Assembly: GCA_963708025.1 (NCBI GenBank) | Contig: CAVPSB010000025.1 | Coordinates: forward strand, 64,001 to 128,000 | Reading direction: 5' to 3' | Source: an uncultured Candidatus Rokubacteria bacterium | GTDB taxonomy: Bacteria; Methylomirabilota; Methylomirabilia; Rokubacteriales; DASRDR01 | DNA: 64,000 bases | Shown here: positions 1-9,715 of the stretch, in pieces | Layout of the letters: the number at the start of each line of letters is the position of its first letter | How positions within the stretch are numbered: position 1 is the first letter of the stretch | Notes under the pieces: model-generated | What the model saw: the letters and a program-made list of their open reading frames with translations, nothing else | Databases searched by the model: none | What the model was told of the DNA's origin: nothing | Made by a program: the position numbers and the translations under genes

Positions 1-716
1 TGCTCGAGCGCTAGCTCGGCCGCGTGCTCGAGGATCCCCGGGGCGAACGCCGGGTCCAGCCCCTGGGAGAGGACGCGCCGCCAGCCCCGGAGCCGCCGCC
101 AGCAGACGTCGTGCAGGAGCGGCGGCTTCGCCGAGCCGGATCCACCCGGTCCGCCGGCGAGCAATCGAGTCATCGCGGTCATGCCGCGGACGGGATCGAG
201 CCAGCCCAGGCTGTCGAAGACGACCTGGCTGGCCATGGCGGCCAGCTCCGTGTAGAGCGCTCCGCCGAGCACCGGGGCTTCGGGCGTCGCCCACCAGAGG
301 GTCGTGGAGAGGTCCCCGACCAGGAGGCTGCGGGCGGTGGACGGCAGGCGGCGCGCGGCTGTTCCCCGGCCGAGCAGGGTCACCGACTCGCCGCACACCT
401 GGCCCATCTCTCGCCGGTGGCAGTGGGCGGCGACGTAGGCGTCGATGTCGTCCCCGCCACCCGCCTCGTCGGCGACCAGGACGAACGCCCGCGCCGGGTG
501 CCGGGCGAGGATCTCCGGCAGCTCGCCCATGACCACGCCGGCCTCCTGGTCGGTCTTGCAGACGGCCAGGAGGTTCGACATGCAGGCCCGGACGACGGGA
601 TGCTCGGGGTCCGCCACGGCCGCCGAGGCGCGCCACAGCGCCTCCAGCTCGCGCTCGATGGCCTCGATGTTCACCTCGCGCGGCGCCTGAACGGCCGGGA
701 CCGGCCCGGAGGTCAC
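1..716 (-). CDS. opcA: Glucose-6-phosphate dehydrogenase assembly protein OpcA (runs off window edge)
   Basis: Manual translation from GTG 716, which overlaps the zwf stop: [40 protein letters not shown]. Typical OpcA N-terminus, directly downstream of zwf. Not in the ORF track. Confidence 0.85.
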   Translation of the reverse strand, partial: MTSGPVPAVQAPREVNIEAIERELEALWRASAAVADPEHPVVRACMSNLLAVCKTDQEAGVVMGELPEILARHPARAFVLVADEAGGGDDIDAYVAAHCHRREMGQVCGESVTLLGRGTAARRLPSTARSLLVGDLSTTLWWATPEAPVLGGALYTELAAMASQVVFDSLGWLDPVRGMTAMTRLLAGGPGGSGSAKPPLLHDVCWRRLRGWRRVLSQGLDPAFAPGILEHAAELALE

Positions 717-2245
717 AAGGTCCTCCAGGCGCGGCCGTCCACCTGCATCATCCGGTCGGCCTCCACCGGCCCCCAGCTCCCCGCCGCGTACTCGGGCAGC
801 CAGCGGGCACCGCCTCGCTCCCACGCCTGCTGGATCGGCGTGACCCAGGACCACGACGCCTCGACGACGTCCCGCCGCATGAACAGCGTGGCGTCTCCCG
901 CCATCACGTTCAGGAGGAGGCCCTCGTACGCCTCGGGCGAGGAGTCGCCGAAGGTGGTGCCGTAGCGAAAGTCCATCCGGACCGGGAAGATGCGGACCCG
1001 GGGGCCGGGGAGCTTCGAGCACATCCGGAGCGAGGTGCCCTCGTCCGGCTGGATGCGGATCGAGATGACGTTGGGCTCGAGCGGCACGTTCGGGTTGGCA
1101 TTGAACAGGATCTGGGGCACCGCCTTGAGCTGGACGGCGATCTCGCTGGCCCGCTTCGGCATGCGCTTGGCGGTGCGGATGTAGAACGGCACGCCGGCCC
1201 AGCGCCAGTTGTCGATGTAGCAGCGCAGGGCGACGAAGGTCTCGGTCGTCGAGTCCGGCTTGACGCCCTCCTCCCGCCGGTAGCCGGGCACGTTCTGGCC
1301 GTGGTGGTAGCCCGGCCCGTACTGGGCACGGACGACGGAGCGCTCGACCTCGGCGGCATCCAGTGGGCGGAGGCTCTCGAGCACATCGAGCCGCGCGTCC
1401 CGGACCACGTCGGGATCGAGGGAGCGCGGCGGCTCCATCGCGGTCAGGCACAGGACCTGGAGGATGTGGTTCTGGACCATGTCGCGGAGGGCGCCGGACT
1501 CCTCGTAATAGCCGGCGCGCGTCCCGACGCCTTCCTCCTCGGCGACCGTGATCTGGACGTGGTCCACGTACTTGTGGTTCCAGAGCGGCTCCAGGAACGA
1601 GTTGGCGAAGCGGAACACCAGGATGTTCTGGACGGTCTCCTTGCCGAGGTAGTGGTCGATCCGGTAGATCTGGCGCTCGTCGAAGACGCCGGCCAGCGTC
1701 TCGTTGACCTGGCGCGCGCTGGCGAGGTCGCGACCGACCGGCTTCTCGACGATGACGCGCGTCCACCGGGAATCGCCGGGCGCCGACACCAGGCCCGCCG
1801 CGCGGAGCTGCTCGGCGCAGGTGCCGATCAGGCTCGGCGGGATGGAGAGGTAGAAGATCCGGTTGCCGGGCAGGCCGTGGGCCTGCTCGACCGACTCCAG
1901 GGTGGCCTTCAGGCGCTGATAGGCCGACGCGTCCGTGAACGAGCCGGGGACGTAGTCGAGGGAGCGCTCGAAGTCGGCCCAGGAGGCCTCCTCGACCGGT
2001 CGGCGGGAGAAGCGCTCCGCACCCTCGCGGGCGAACTTCCGGTACGCCTCGCCGGCGAGGTCCTTCAGCGAGAACCCGACGATGGCGCAGCCGGGGAGGA
2101 GGCCGTCGAGGGCCAGGTTGTAGAGGCCCGGCAGGAGTTTCCGGCGGGCGAGGTCGCCGCTGCCCCCGAAGATCACGACCGTGCAGGGGGCCGGCAGGAG
2201 GCCGGCCTCCACGCCGGCCGTCAGCGGGTTGCCAACCTCCGCCAT
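713..2245 (-). CDS. zwf: Glucose-6-phosphate 1-dehydrogenase
   Basis: GGSGDLA NADP-binding motif, RIDHYLGKE active-site motif, EKP, DMVQNH. Confidence 0.98.
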   Translation of the reverse strand: MAEVGNPLTAGVEAGLLPAPCTVVIFGGSGDLARRKLLPGLYNLALDGLLPGCAIVGFSLKDLAGEAYRKFAREGAERFSRRPVEEASWADFERSLDYVPGSFTDASAYQRLKATLESVEQAHGLPGNRIFYLSIPPSLIGTCAEQLRAAGLVSAPGDSRWTRVIVEKPVGRDLASARQVNETLAGVFDERQIYRIDHYLGKETVQNILVFRFANSFLEPLWNHKYVDHVQITVAEEEGVGTRAGYYEESGALRDMVQNHILQVLCLTAMEPPRSLDPDVVRDARLDVLESLRPLDAAEVERSVVRAQYGPGYHHGQNVPGYRREEGVKPDSTTETFVALRCYIDNWRWAGVPFYIRTAKRMPKRASEIAVQLKAVPQILFNANPNVPLEPNVISIRIQPDEGTSLRMCSKLPGPRVRIFPVRMDFRYGTTFGDSSPEAYEGLLLNVMAGDATLFMRRDVVEASWSWVTPIQQAWERGGARWLPEYAAGSWGPVEADRMMQVDGRAWRTL

Positions 2246-2253
2246 GCCGGGCG

Positions 2254-2964
2254 CTAGCTTCGCGCGCCGTCGCGCGTGAACACGCGCACCGCCCCGGCCT
2301 CCGCGAGGAGCACCGTGTGGGCGGTGCCGAGAAACAACCCAGTGTCCACGACGCCGGGAATCGCCCGGATCGCGCGCTCGAAGGCGGCCGGGTCGGTCGG
2401 GGGCTCGATCCCGCAGTCCAGCGTCAGGTTCCCGTTGTCGGTGATGAACGGCCGCCCGTTCACCATCCGGACCTCCGGGCGGCAGCCCAGCGCCACGAGC
2501 CGCCGCTCGCAGAACGGGCGCGCGAAGGGGATCACCTCGACCGGGACCAGGCCCCGCTCCCCGAGCCGGGACACCATCTTGTCCGGCGTGACCAGGATGA
2601 CCTGGCGATGGGACGCCGCGGCCACGATCCGCTCGCGCACCAGGGCGCCGCCGTAGCCCTTGATCATGTTCAGCTGGGGATCGACCTCGTCGGCGCCGTC
2701 CACCGTCAGCTCGAGCGGCGTCCCGTCCAGCTCCGCGAGGGGGATGCCAACCTCGCGAGCCAGGGCGGCCGTCGCGTCCGAGGTCGGAACGCCCCGGACC
2801 CGCAGGCCCTGCTTGACCCGGGCCCCGAGGGCCCGCACGAACGCCGCCGCGGCCCGGCCGGAGCCGAGGCCGACGCCGACACCGTCGGGTCGGTCGGGGA
2901 CCATCGGCAACGCGTGGGCGGCCACCCGCTCGAGATCCGCAGGACTGACCGGTGGCTTCTCCAT
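2254..2964 (-). CDS. rpiA: Ribose-5-phosphate isomerase A
   Basis: GLGSG, DGADEVD, KGYGGAL.RE, ITDNGN motifs. Start taken at MEKPP (ATG 2964). Confidence 0.95.
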   Translation of the reverse strand: MEKPPVSPADLERVAAHALPMVPDRPDGVGVGLGSGRAAAAFVRALGARVKQGLRVRGVPTSDATAALAREVGIPLAELDGTPLELTVDGADEVDPQLNMIKGYGGALVRERIVAAASHRQVILVTPDKMVSRLGERGLVPVEVIPFARPFCERRLVALGCRPEVRMVNGRPFITDNGNLTLDCGIEPPTDPAAFERAIRAIPGVVDTGLFLGTAHTVLLAEAGAVRVFTRDGARS

Positions 2965-3109
2965 CGGGTCGTGTTCCCCGGAGGGGGGAGCCTCACGATA
3001 GCACGGTTCGGGCCCCCAATGGGACCGGTGATTCCCGGGAGGTTGGACGCCTGCCGCCGGCCGGTCGGTTCGTGGCACGCCGCTCCGACGTCCTGGGAGG
3101 GGAGGGGAT

Positions 3110-3148
3110 TCGGAGGCGGCCCCGCGATCGAACGGGGCTCCCCTCCGA
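3110..3148. repeat. Intergenic palindrome (family D, TCGGAGG..CCTCCGA type)
   Basis: TCGGAGGCGGCCCCG-N8-CGGGGCTCCCCTCCGA. Similar hairpins at 11658-11695 and 51139-51166. Confidence 0.55.
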
Positions 3149-3207
3149 CGAGGTGGCGTGTCAGCGGCGACGCAGGTTGTCCGGCTCGACGTAGGGCAGG
3201 AGGAGGC

Positions 3208-3642
3208 CTAGGCGGGCTCGGGGCCGAGAACCATCTGGGTCTGGATGGTCAGGGCCAGCAGCCGGCCCGCGGCGTCGGTGACCCGCGTCTGCCAGACCAT
3301 GGTCCGCTTCCCCCGGTGAAGCGGCGTCGACTCGGCCCGGACGATGCCGTCGCGCCCGGCCGCGAAGAAGTTGGTCTTGGACTCGAGCGTGGTGGTCCAG
3401 GCGCCCGGTGGCAGGTTCAGCACGGTGGCCGTCGCCCCCACCGTGTCGGCGAAGGCCATGATGGCCCCGCCGTGGAGCGCGCCCCCGATGGTGCGCAGCT
3501 CGTCCCGGATCGTCAGCTCGGCCACGACGCGCTCCCGGCCGGTCTCGACGAACCGGATGCCGAGGAGTCCCGGGAGATATCCGCGCTGCCGGGCTTCCAG
3601 GCTGGCCGGGTCCATCGCCATCCCTTCCGGCTCTCGTGTCAT
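3208..3642 (-). CDS. PaaI family hotdog-fold thioesterase
   Basis: LHGGAIMAFADT, TTLESKTNF, LHRGKRTMVW motifs. AGGAGG RBS before ATG 3642. Confidence 0.9.
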   Translation of the reverse strand: MTREPEGMAMDPASLEARQRGYLPGLLGIRFVETGRERVVAELTIRDELRTIGGALHGGAIMAFADTVGATATVLNLPPGAWTTTLESKTNFFAAGRDGIVRAESTPLHRGKRTMVWQTRVTDAAGRLLALTIQTQMVLGPEPA

Positions 3643-3698
3643 CCGATTCCTCCTTCGTAACATCAGCCACGGGCGAGCGCTCGCCAGCGTGCCGCGGC

Positions 3699-4691
3699 TC
3701 ACGCGGGACGGGGCAGCGCCGGGCGGTCGCGGCGGGCGAGCAGGGCGCGCAGGCTTCCGTAGATGCCGGCCGGGAGGAAGATGATGAAGAGGATCAGCAG
3801 GAGCCCGTAGATCGTCTCGGCCATGCCGATGAGCTTGACGCCGAAGACGACCCGCAGGGACTCGCCCAGCGCGATGGTCAGGGCGGTCCCGACCGTCGGG
3901 CCGAGCAGCGAGTACATCCCGCCGAGCACGACGGCGAAGACGATGCGCAGCGACACGCCGATGCCCGACAGGGTGTCCGGGTTCACGTACGAGATGTACT
4001 GCGCGTAGGCCACGCCGCCCAGCGCGGTCAGCGCCGCGGAGAGCGCGCTGATCCCGAGCTTGAAGCGCGTCACGTGGATCCCGACCGAGGCCGCCGCCGT
4101 CTCGTCCTCCCCGATCGCCTCCATCGCGGCGCGGGCCATGCTCCGGTCGAGGCGGGCCCAGACCCAGAGACCCGCCAGCCAGAGCACGAGCGCCCCGTAG
4201 TAGAAGACCCGCTTGTCGGCGAACTGGATGGCCCACAGGCTGTCGCCGGCCGACGGCTTGAGGGAGAGCCCCAGGGAGCCGCCGGTCCAGTCGCGCTCGG
4301 CGATGATGAGGAGCCGGATCACCTCGCCCACCGCCAGGGTGACCAGGCCGAAGTAGTGGCCGACGACCTGGAAGCGCGAGCAGGGGTAGGCCACGACCAG
4401 GGCCAGCACGGTGGTGAGGGCGACCGCGAGGAGGCCGCCGATCCACGGGGTCAGGCCGTAGAAGTTCCAGAGGAGCGTCGTCGTGTAGGCGCCAACGCCG
4501 AGGAAGGCGCCGTGGCCGAGCGAGACGAGGCCGAAGCGGCCCATCAGCGACCAGGCGCCGCCGATGAACGACCAGATGAAGATCTGGACGGCCACGTGGA
4601 CGATGTAGTCCCGCATCCCGCCCATTGGGAGGCCGGGCGCGATGGCGAGGAAAGCCAGGAGGGCCCCACCGAGCAGCCGGCCGGCGGTCAT
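3699..4691 (-). CDS. Branched-chain amino acid-type ABC permease (LivM-like)
   Basis: SLGHGAF, TGGSLG, EDETAAASVG motifs. An alternative in-frame ATG at 4802 reads through a repeat. Confidence 0.9.
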   Translation of the reverse strand: MTAGRLLGGALLAFLAIAPGLPMGGMRDYIVHVAVQIFIWSFIGGAWSLMGRFGLVSLGHGAFLGVGAYTTTLLWNFYGLTPWIGGLLAVALTTVLALVVAYPCSRFQVVGHYFGLVTLAVGEVIRLLIIAERDWTGGSLGLSLKPSAGDSLWAIQFADKRVFYYGALVLWLAGLWVWARLDRSMARAAMEAIGEDETAAASVGIHVTRFKLGISALSAALTALGGVAYAQYISYVNPDTLSGIGVSLRIVFAVVLGGMYSLLGPTVGTALTIALGESLRVVFGVKLIGMAETIYGLLLILFIIFLPAGIYGSLRALLARRDRPALPRPA

Positions 4692-4692
4692 T

Positions 4693-4796
4693 GGGTACGC
4701 CCCCCACCCCCGACCCCTCCCCACCTTCCGGGGGGAGGGGGGGCGACCGCGATCCCGACGTGGCACGGGACGACCGTGCGGAGGTGACACCGAGAG
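4693..4796. repeat. REP/RPE-like palindromic insert (family E) flanked by 7-bp direct repeat GGTCATT
   Basis: Contains CCCCCACCCCCGACCCCTCCCC..GGGGGGAGGGG. GGTCATT at 4686-4692 and 4797-4803. Confidence 0.7.
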
Positions 4797-4798
4797 GG

Positions 4799-5665
4799 TC
4801 ATTCGCGGCGGGCGAGGATGCCGCCCGGCCGGACGAACATCATCACGATGAAGACCACGAAGGCGATCACGTAGCCCATCTCGGTCGAGATCAGCACGCC
4901 GCCGATGGAGATGATCTCGCCCATGACGAACGAGGCCACGAAGGCGCCCAGCATGTTCCCCAGGCCCCCCAGCACGCAGATCATGAAGGTGAGGGGCCCG
5001 AAGGCGGCGCCGAAGAACGGGTGCACCGAGTACTGGATGATGAGCAGCGCCCCGGCCAGCCCGGCCATGGCCCCGCCGACGGCCGAGGTGACCAGGTAGA
5101 CACGCTGGGGCTTGGCCCCCATCAGGGCCATCGCCTCCCGGTCCTGGGACACGGCCCGGATGGCGGTGCCCATGTACGTGCGGGTGAGGAACAGGTAGAG
5201 CCCGACCATGGCCAGGGCCGCCAGGCCGAAGGCGATGAGCCGGGCGAAGGAGAGGAACATGCCGCCGATCTCGATGATCGGGAGGCTCAGCCGGACGGTC
5301 CGGTGGTCGGTGGTCCAGAGGAAGGTGGCGAAGGACTGGAGGAAGAAGAGGAGACCACCGGTGGCCAGGAACTGGTTGAGCGGAGGGCTCCCCAGGATCG
5401 GCGTGATGATCAGGAGGTGGACGCCCACGCCGAGCAGGGCGCCGAGCCCGATACTGGCCACCCCGCCCAGCCAGACCGGCCAGCCGTAGACGGTGACCAG
5501 GAAGTAGACGGCGTACATGCAGAGCATCACGAGGTCGACGTAGGCGATCCAGACGACGTCGATGACGCCGAAGATCAGGTTGAGGCCGAGGGCGAGCAGG
5601 GCGAGGACGCCGCCCAGGAGGAGCCCGTTCACGGCGGCCTCGACCAGGAAGATCGGGTCGATCAT
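4799..5665 (-). CDS. Branched-chain amino acid-type ABC permease (LivH-like)
   Basis: LALGLNLIFG, GTAIRAVSQD, VLGGLG motifs. Confidence 0.92.
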   Translation of the reverse strand: MIDPIFLVEAAVNGLLLGGVLALLALGLNLIFGVIDVVWIAYVDLVMLCMYAVYFLVTVYGWPVWLGGVASIGLGALLGVGVHLLIITPILGSPPLNQFLATGGLLFFLQSFATFLWTTDHRTVRLSLPIIEIGGMFLSFARLIAFGLAALAMVGLYLFLTRTYMGTAIRAVSQDREAMALMGAKPQRVYLVTSAVGGAMAGLAGALLIIQYSVHPFFGAAFGPLTFMICVLGGLGNMLGAFVASFVMGEIISIGGVLISTEMGYVIAFVVFIVMMFVRPGGILARRE

Positions 5666-5671
5666 GGATGG

Positions 5672-6376
5672 CTAGAGCCCGACGTAGGCCTTGCGCACGA
5701 AGTCCTGCTCGGCGAGGGCGTCGGCGCGCCCTTCCATCTTGATCCGGCCCACCTCCAGGAGGTACGCTCGGTCCACGAGCTTCAGCACCTGGCGGACGTT
5801 CTGCTCGACGACCAGGATCGTGTACCCCTCGCTCCGGATCTGGCGGATCAGCTCGAACACGCGGAGCACCATGACCGGGGCCAGGCCCATCGACGGCTCG
5901 TCGAGGAGGATCAGCTTCGGACGCGACATCAGCGCCCGGCCGATCGCCAGCATCTGCTGCTCGCCGCCGGAGAGGCTGCCGGCCCGCTGGCTCTGCCGCT
6001 CGGCCAGGATGGGGAAGAGGGCGTAGACGCGCTCGACGCTCTCGCGGAAGGCGCGCCGCGCGGCGGGCAGGAAGGCGCCCATCTTGAGGTTGTCGGCGAC
6101 GCTGAGCCCGGGAAAGAGTCGCCGGCCCTCGGGGACGTGGGCGATGCCGCGCGCCACCACCTCGTGGGCCTGGCGGCCGACCAGCGAGGCCCCCTCGAAG
6201 TCCATGGCGCCGCCGCGCGGCGACACCAGCCCCGAGATCACCCGGAGCAGCGTCGTCTTGCCGGCGCCGTTGGGGCCGACCACGGCCACCGCTTCCCCGG
6301 CGGCCACCCGGAGGCTCACGTCCCAGAGCGCCGTGAAGTGGCCGTACCCCGCGGTGACGTGCTCGAGCTGGAGCAT
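5672..6376 (-). CDS. ABC ATPase (LivF-like)
   Basis: GPNGAGKT, VPEGRRLF, LSGGEQQM, LLDEPS. Start at MLQLEHV. Confidence 0.93.
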   Translation of the reverse strand: MLQLEHVTAGYGHFTALWDVSLRVAAGEAVAVVGPNGAGKTTLLRVISGLVSPRGGAMDFEGASLVGRQAHEVVARGIAHVPEGRRLFPGLSVADNLKMGAFLPAARRAFRESVERVYALFPILAERQSQRAGSLSGGEQQMLAIGRALMSRPKLILLDEPSMGLAPVMVLRVFELIRQIRSEGYTILVVEQNVRQVLKLVDRAYLLEVGRIKMEGRADALAEQDFVRKAYVGL

Positions 6377-7110
6377 CAGTCGCTGAGGACCAGCTTCTCG
6401 CCCAGGTAGGCCTCGATGACCCGGGGGTCGCCCGCCACCTCGTGGGGCCGCCCCTCGGCGATCTTCTCGCCGTGGTCCAGCACCACGACCCGGTCCACCA
6501 CCCGCATGAGGGTGGCCATGATGTGCTCGACCCACACGATCGTGATCTTCAGCTCGCGGCGGATCCGCCGCAGCATCTCGGCCGCCGCCGCCATCTCCCC
6601 GGGGTCCAGCCCGCCCAGGCTCTCGTCGGCCAGGAGCAGGGTCGGGGCGGTGGCCAGCGCGCGCGCCAGCTCGAGCTTCTTGAGCCCGGCCGCGCCGAGC
6701 AGGGCGGGGGAGGTGGCGTCGTCGGCCGGGAGGCCCACCAGCTCCAGCACCTCGCGCGCCCGGGCTCGGGCCGCCGCCTCGGTCGTCCGGCGGTTGGTGC
6801 CGAAGTGGGCGGCGACGGCGACGTTTTCCAGGATGGACAGCTTGCGGAACGGTCGCGGGATCTGGAAGGTGCGGGCGATCCCGTGGTGGCAGATGGCGTC
6901 CGGCGTGAGTCCTCCCATCTCCTCGCCGCGGAACCGGATCGAGCCCGCCGTCGGCGCCAGCGCCCCCGAGATGCAATTGAACAGGGTGGTCTTTCCGGAG
7001 CCGTTGGGGCCGATGAGGCCGAGGATCTCGCCCTCGTGCACTTCGAAGGCGACGCCGCTCAGGGCGACAAAGCCCCCGAACCGCTTGGTCAAGCCGGTGA
7101 CGGTCAGCAC
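6376..7110 (-). CDS. ABC ATPase (LivG-like)
   Basis: GPNGSGKT, GIARTFQ, VIEAYLG motifs. Confidence 0.93.
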   Translation of the reverse strand: MLTVTGLTKRFGGFVALSGVAFEVHEGEILGLIGPNGSGKTTLFNCISGALAPTAGSIRFRGEEMGGLTPDAICHHGIARTFQIPRPFRKLSILENVAVAAHFGTNRRTTEAAARARAREVLELVGLPADDATSPALLGAAGLKKLELARALATAPTLLLADESLGGLDPGEMAAAAEMLRRIRRELKITIVWVEHIMATLMRVVDRVVVLDHGEKIAEGRPHEVAGDPRVIEAYLGEKLVLSD

Positions 7111-7118
7111 CCGAAAGC

Positions 7119-7148
7119 GCCGGGCGCCGGTGACGGCCGGCGCCCGGC
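7119..7148. terminator. GC-rich stem-loop between binding-protein gene and ATPase (terminator or mRNA stabiliser)
   Basis: GCCGGGCGCCGG-N6-CCGGCGCCCGGC, a perfect 12-bp stem with no U-tract. Confidence 0.5.
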
Positions 7149-7188
7149 TCCGCCTGAGGTCAGCGGGCTGCGATCGGCCCCGCGGTAC

Positions 7189-7370
7189 TCAATTCGGGAC
7201 CTCCCGCCCACCCCCCCAACCCCCCCACCCACCGGGGGGAGGGGGGGCCGGACGGCTCCATTCGTTCACACGCTCTCAGTTCGGGACCTCCCGCCCACCC
7301 CCCCAACCCCCCTCCCCCACCCACCGGGGGGAGGGGGGAGCCGGAGAGGACCCCATTCCTTCACACGCTC
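7189..7370 (-). repeat. Two tandem copies of repeat family A (MITE-like)
   Basis: Unit TTCGGGACCTCCCGCCCACCC..GGGGAGGGG..CCATTC(C/G)TTCACACGCTC at 7189-7275 and 7276-7370. Further copies at 43676, 44502, 47111. Confidence 0.85.
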
Positions 7371-8684
7371 TCAGCGGAGGGCCCAGGGCGACGAGGTCGG
7401 AAGAGGCAGGATCGGGCTCGCGGTCTGCACGGTCTTCGGATAGACGAGCTCGAACTTCCCCTCGACCACCTGGAAGACGGCCGGGAACGCGCGCTCGTTC
7501 TGGCCCGCCATCGGGTGGCCCGGCGGGTGGAACTTCACCCCGTAGCCCTGCATGGTCCCGCCCTCGGGGATGTCCGTCTCGCGGGCGGCCTTGGCCAGCG
7601 CGTCCGGGCTCCACCCGCCGTGCTTCTGGATCGCGCGGGGCACCACGTCGGTGAACAGGATCCACAGGTTGTTGAAGCCCATGGAGACGTGAGGGGCGAT
7701 CGCCCGGACCGGGATGTCCTTCTCGAACTGGGCGTACCGCTTGACCAGCTCCTGGGTCATCTCGCCCACGCCGGGCTTGAGCTTCTTCGCGTCGAGGAGC
7801 TGGGCGGCGATGGGATCGACCGTGTGGAAGCCCTCGATGTCCTTCCCGAAGGCCTCCTGCAGCTTGTCGATCTGGCTGTGACCGGCCCCGTGACCCACGT
7901 AGGCCCGCACGCGGAGGCCCTGTTCCTTGGCCTGGCGGAGGAACAGGGCGATGTCCGGCGCGTAGCCGGTATGGAACAGCACGTCGGGCCGCGCTGCCCG
8001 CAGCTTGGTGACGAGCGAGGACAGGTCGGGGGCGTTGATCGAGTACCCTTCCTTGAGCACGATGCTCATGCCTTGCGCCTTGGCCTCCTCGTCGTTGGCC
8101 GCGGCCACCCCGGTGCCGTAGGGGCCGTCCTCGTAGATGATCGCGACCCGCAGCTCCTTCGGCTGCTTCTTGAAGCGCTCCGGCGAGTAGGAGGCGATGT
8201 ATTTGACGGAGTAGGCGCCGAACAACCCGCCGTTCGGCTGCGGGCGGAACGTGTACTGGAGGTTCCGGTCCTTCAGCACGTTGTCCGCGATGGCCGTGGT
8301 GATCCACAGGAACCGCTTCTGCTTGTCGACCTTCTCGGCCAGCGGGACGGCGTGAGCGCTCGAGTAGATGCCGGCCAGGATGTCCACCTTCTCGACGTTC
8401 ATGAGTCGCTCGGCCTCGTTGATCGCCACCTCGGCCTTGGATTGGCTGTCGCCGTCGACCTGGACGATCCGGTACTTGCCGAGCACGCCGCCCTTCTCGT
8501 TGAGGTAGTCGATGATCATCTTCGCCCCGCGCCAGCAGTTCAGCGAGCCGGCGGCGGAGAACGGGCCGGTGTGGTCGAACAGGACCCCGATCTTGATCGT
8601 CTGGGCCTGCGCGCTGGCGAAGCGTGGCCGCGCGACCACCGAGGCCGCGGCGCCGGCCAGTATCATACGGCGTGAGACGTTCAT
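7371..8684 (-). CDS. ABC substrate-binding protein (Liv/PBP1 type), Tat signal
   Basis: MNVSRRMIL twin-arginine signal, IKIGVLFDHTG, YEDGPYG. AGGAGG RBS. Confidence 0.9.
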   Translation of the reverse strand: MNVSRRMILAGAAASVVARPRFASAQAQTIKIGVLFDHTGPFSAAGSLNCWRGAKMIIDYLNEKGGVLGKYRIVQVDGDSQSKAEVAINEAERLMNVEKVDILAGIYSSAHAVPLAEKVDKQKRFLWITTAIADNVLKDRNLQYTFRPQPNGGLFGAYSVKYIASYSPERFKKQPKELRVAIIYEDGPYGTGVAAANDEEAKAQGMSIVLKEGYSINAPDLSSLVTKLRAARPDVLFHTGYAPDIALFLRQAKEQGLRVRAYVGHGAGHSQIDKLQEAFGKDIEGFHTVDPIAAQLLDAKKLKPGVGEMTQELVKRYAQFEKDIPVRAIAPHVSMGFNNLWILFTDVVPRAIQKHGGWSPDALAKAARETDIPEGGTMQGYGVKFHPPGHPMAGQNERAFPAVFQVVEGKFELVYPKTVQTASPILPLPTSSPWALR

Positions 8685-9033
8685 CGGCGACACCTCCTGG
8701 GCACACGGGGTGCCCGGCTGCACGGCAGCGGGTCTGCGGCGACCACCACCACACGAGCGGTCGCGCCGGGACCCACAGGGACTTCACCATACACCAACTG
8801 ACCGGGTGCCCGAAACCGGCCCCCCTCCTCCGTCACGGGGCGCCATGGGGCCGGATCCGCGCCACCATCCGAGCCTTGACGCCGCGCCGGGCCTCCTCGC
8901 GCTCGTTACCGGCGCAATGCGCTGTCTCACTTGGGACTTCGCGACGCCGACCGGATCAAGAAAGGACTGGAATCGGCGCGGCCGATGCGGTGACAATGTC
9001 TGCAGGTGCGATCCACTCGTCGGGGGTGTCGAC

Positions 9034-9351
9034 ATGCACGCACACTCTTCTGCCGCGGCCGCCGTTCTCGGTTCCGCCCAAGTCCTCGTGGCGGCGAATC
9101 ACCTCGTGTATTACTGTGAGCGCGACTTCAAGGCCAACGGGTGGCGGTGCGGGCGCTGCGAGGTCGGAATCTTCGTGCTCGCACCCGGCGAATCGCTCCC
9201 CCGACCCGGCCGGACCTGCGGCGTGTGCCAGGCGCAGGTCTGTCTGCTGAACAGTGGGGCCGACTGGCGTCGGCGGCCGCCCCTCGTCGCCGCCGTCGTC
9301 GCCCTCGTCGCCACCTGGCCGTTCCTGCTCCTCTGGGCGCTGTTCGGCTGA
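9034..9351 (+). CDS. Hypothetical zinc-ribbon protein with C-terminal TM helix
   Basis: WRCGRC...TCGVC pair and hydrophobic tail LVAAVVALVATWPFLLLWALFG. Confidence 0.55.
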   Translation: MHAHSSAAAAVLGSAQVLVAANHLVYYCERDFKANGWRCGRCEVGIFVLAPGESLPRPGRTCGVCQAQVCLLNSGADWRRRPPLVAAVVALVATWPFLLLWALFG

Positions 9352-9361
9352 TCACGACGGT

Positions 9362-9493
9362 CTAACCCTGACGACGCGGGCCCTCGACCGCGCGACCCAC
9401 CAGCACCCCGAACGCCACCCCGACCACCAGGACCAGCAGCGCCGCGACGTACCCGGTCAGCGTCCCGCCCCACGTGAACTCGTCGATCGTCAT
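9362..9493 (-). CDS. Small single-TM protein (43 aa)
   Basis: GGAGGAGGAG RBS, then MTIDEFTWGGTLTGYVAALLVLVVGVAFGVLVGRAVEGPRRQG*. Below the ORF-track cutoff. Confidence 0.6.
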   Translation of the reverse strand: MTIDEFTWGGTLTGYVAALLVLVVGVAFGVLVGRAVEGPRRQG

Positions 9494-9715
9494 GGCTCCT
9501 CCTCCCCGCGATTCAGCTCCTCAGGCTACCATACCGTTCGAGGCCGGCGGGATCATCGCGACGTGATCGGCCACGGGCGGCGCGGCCCCGCCCGGCGAGG
9601 AACCTGGGAAGCCCGACGTCCACTTGACGGCCCCCGTGGCGCCCCTGGCCCGGGGGTCTTCCGGGACCTCTCGGACTGGGCTAGACTGCCCCCAACCTTG
9701 AGAGGAGGGACCGAC

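Noticed and set aside
7189-7370. Tandem repeat as a CRISPR array linked to the cas6 fragment
   Set aside because: Only two ~90-bp units with no unique spacers, and the same unit is dispersed at three other sites.
8700-8795. Riboswitch in the leader of the Liv binding-protein gene
   Set aside because: Some hairpins are possible but I recognise no aptamer consensus. An Rfam cmscan would be needed.
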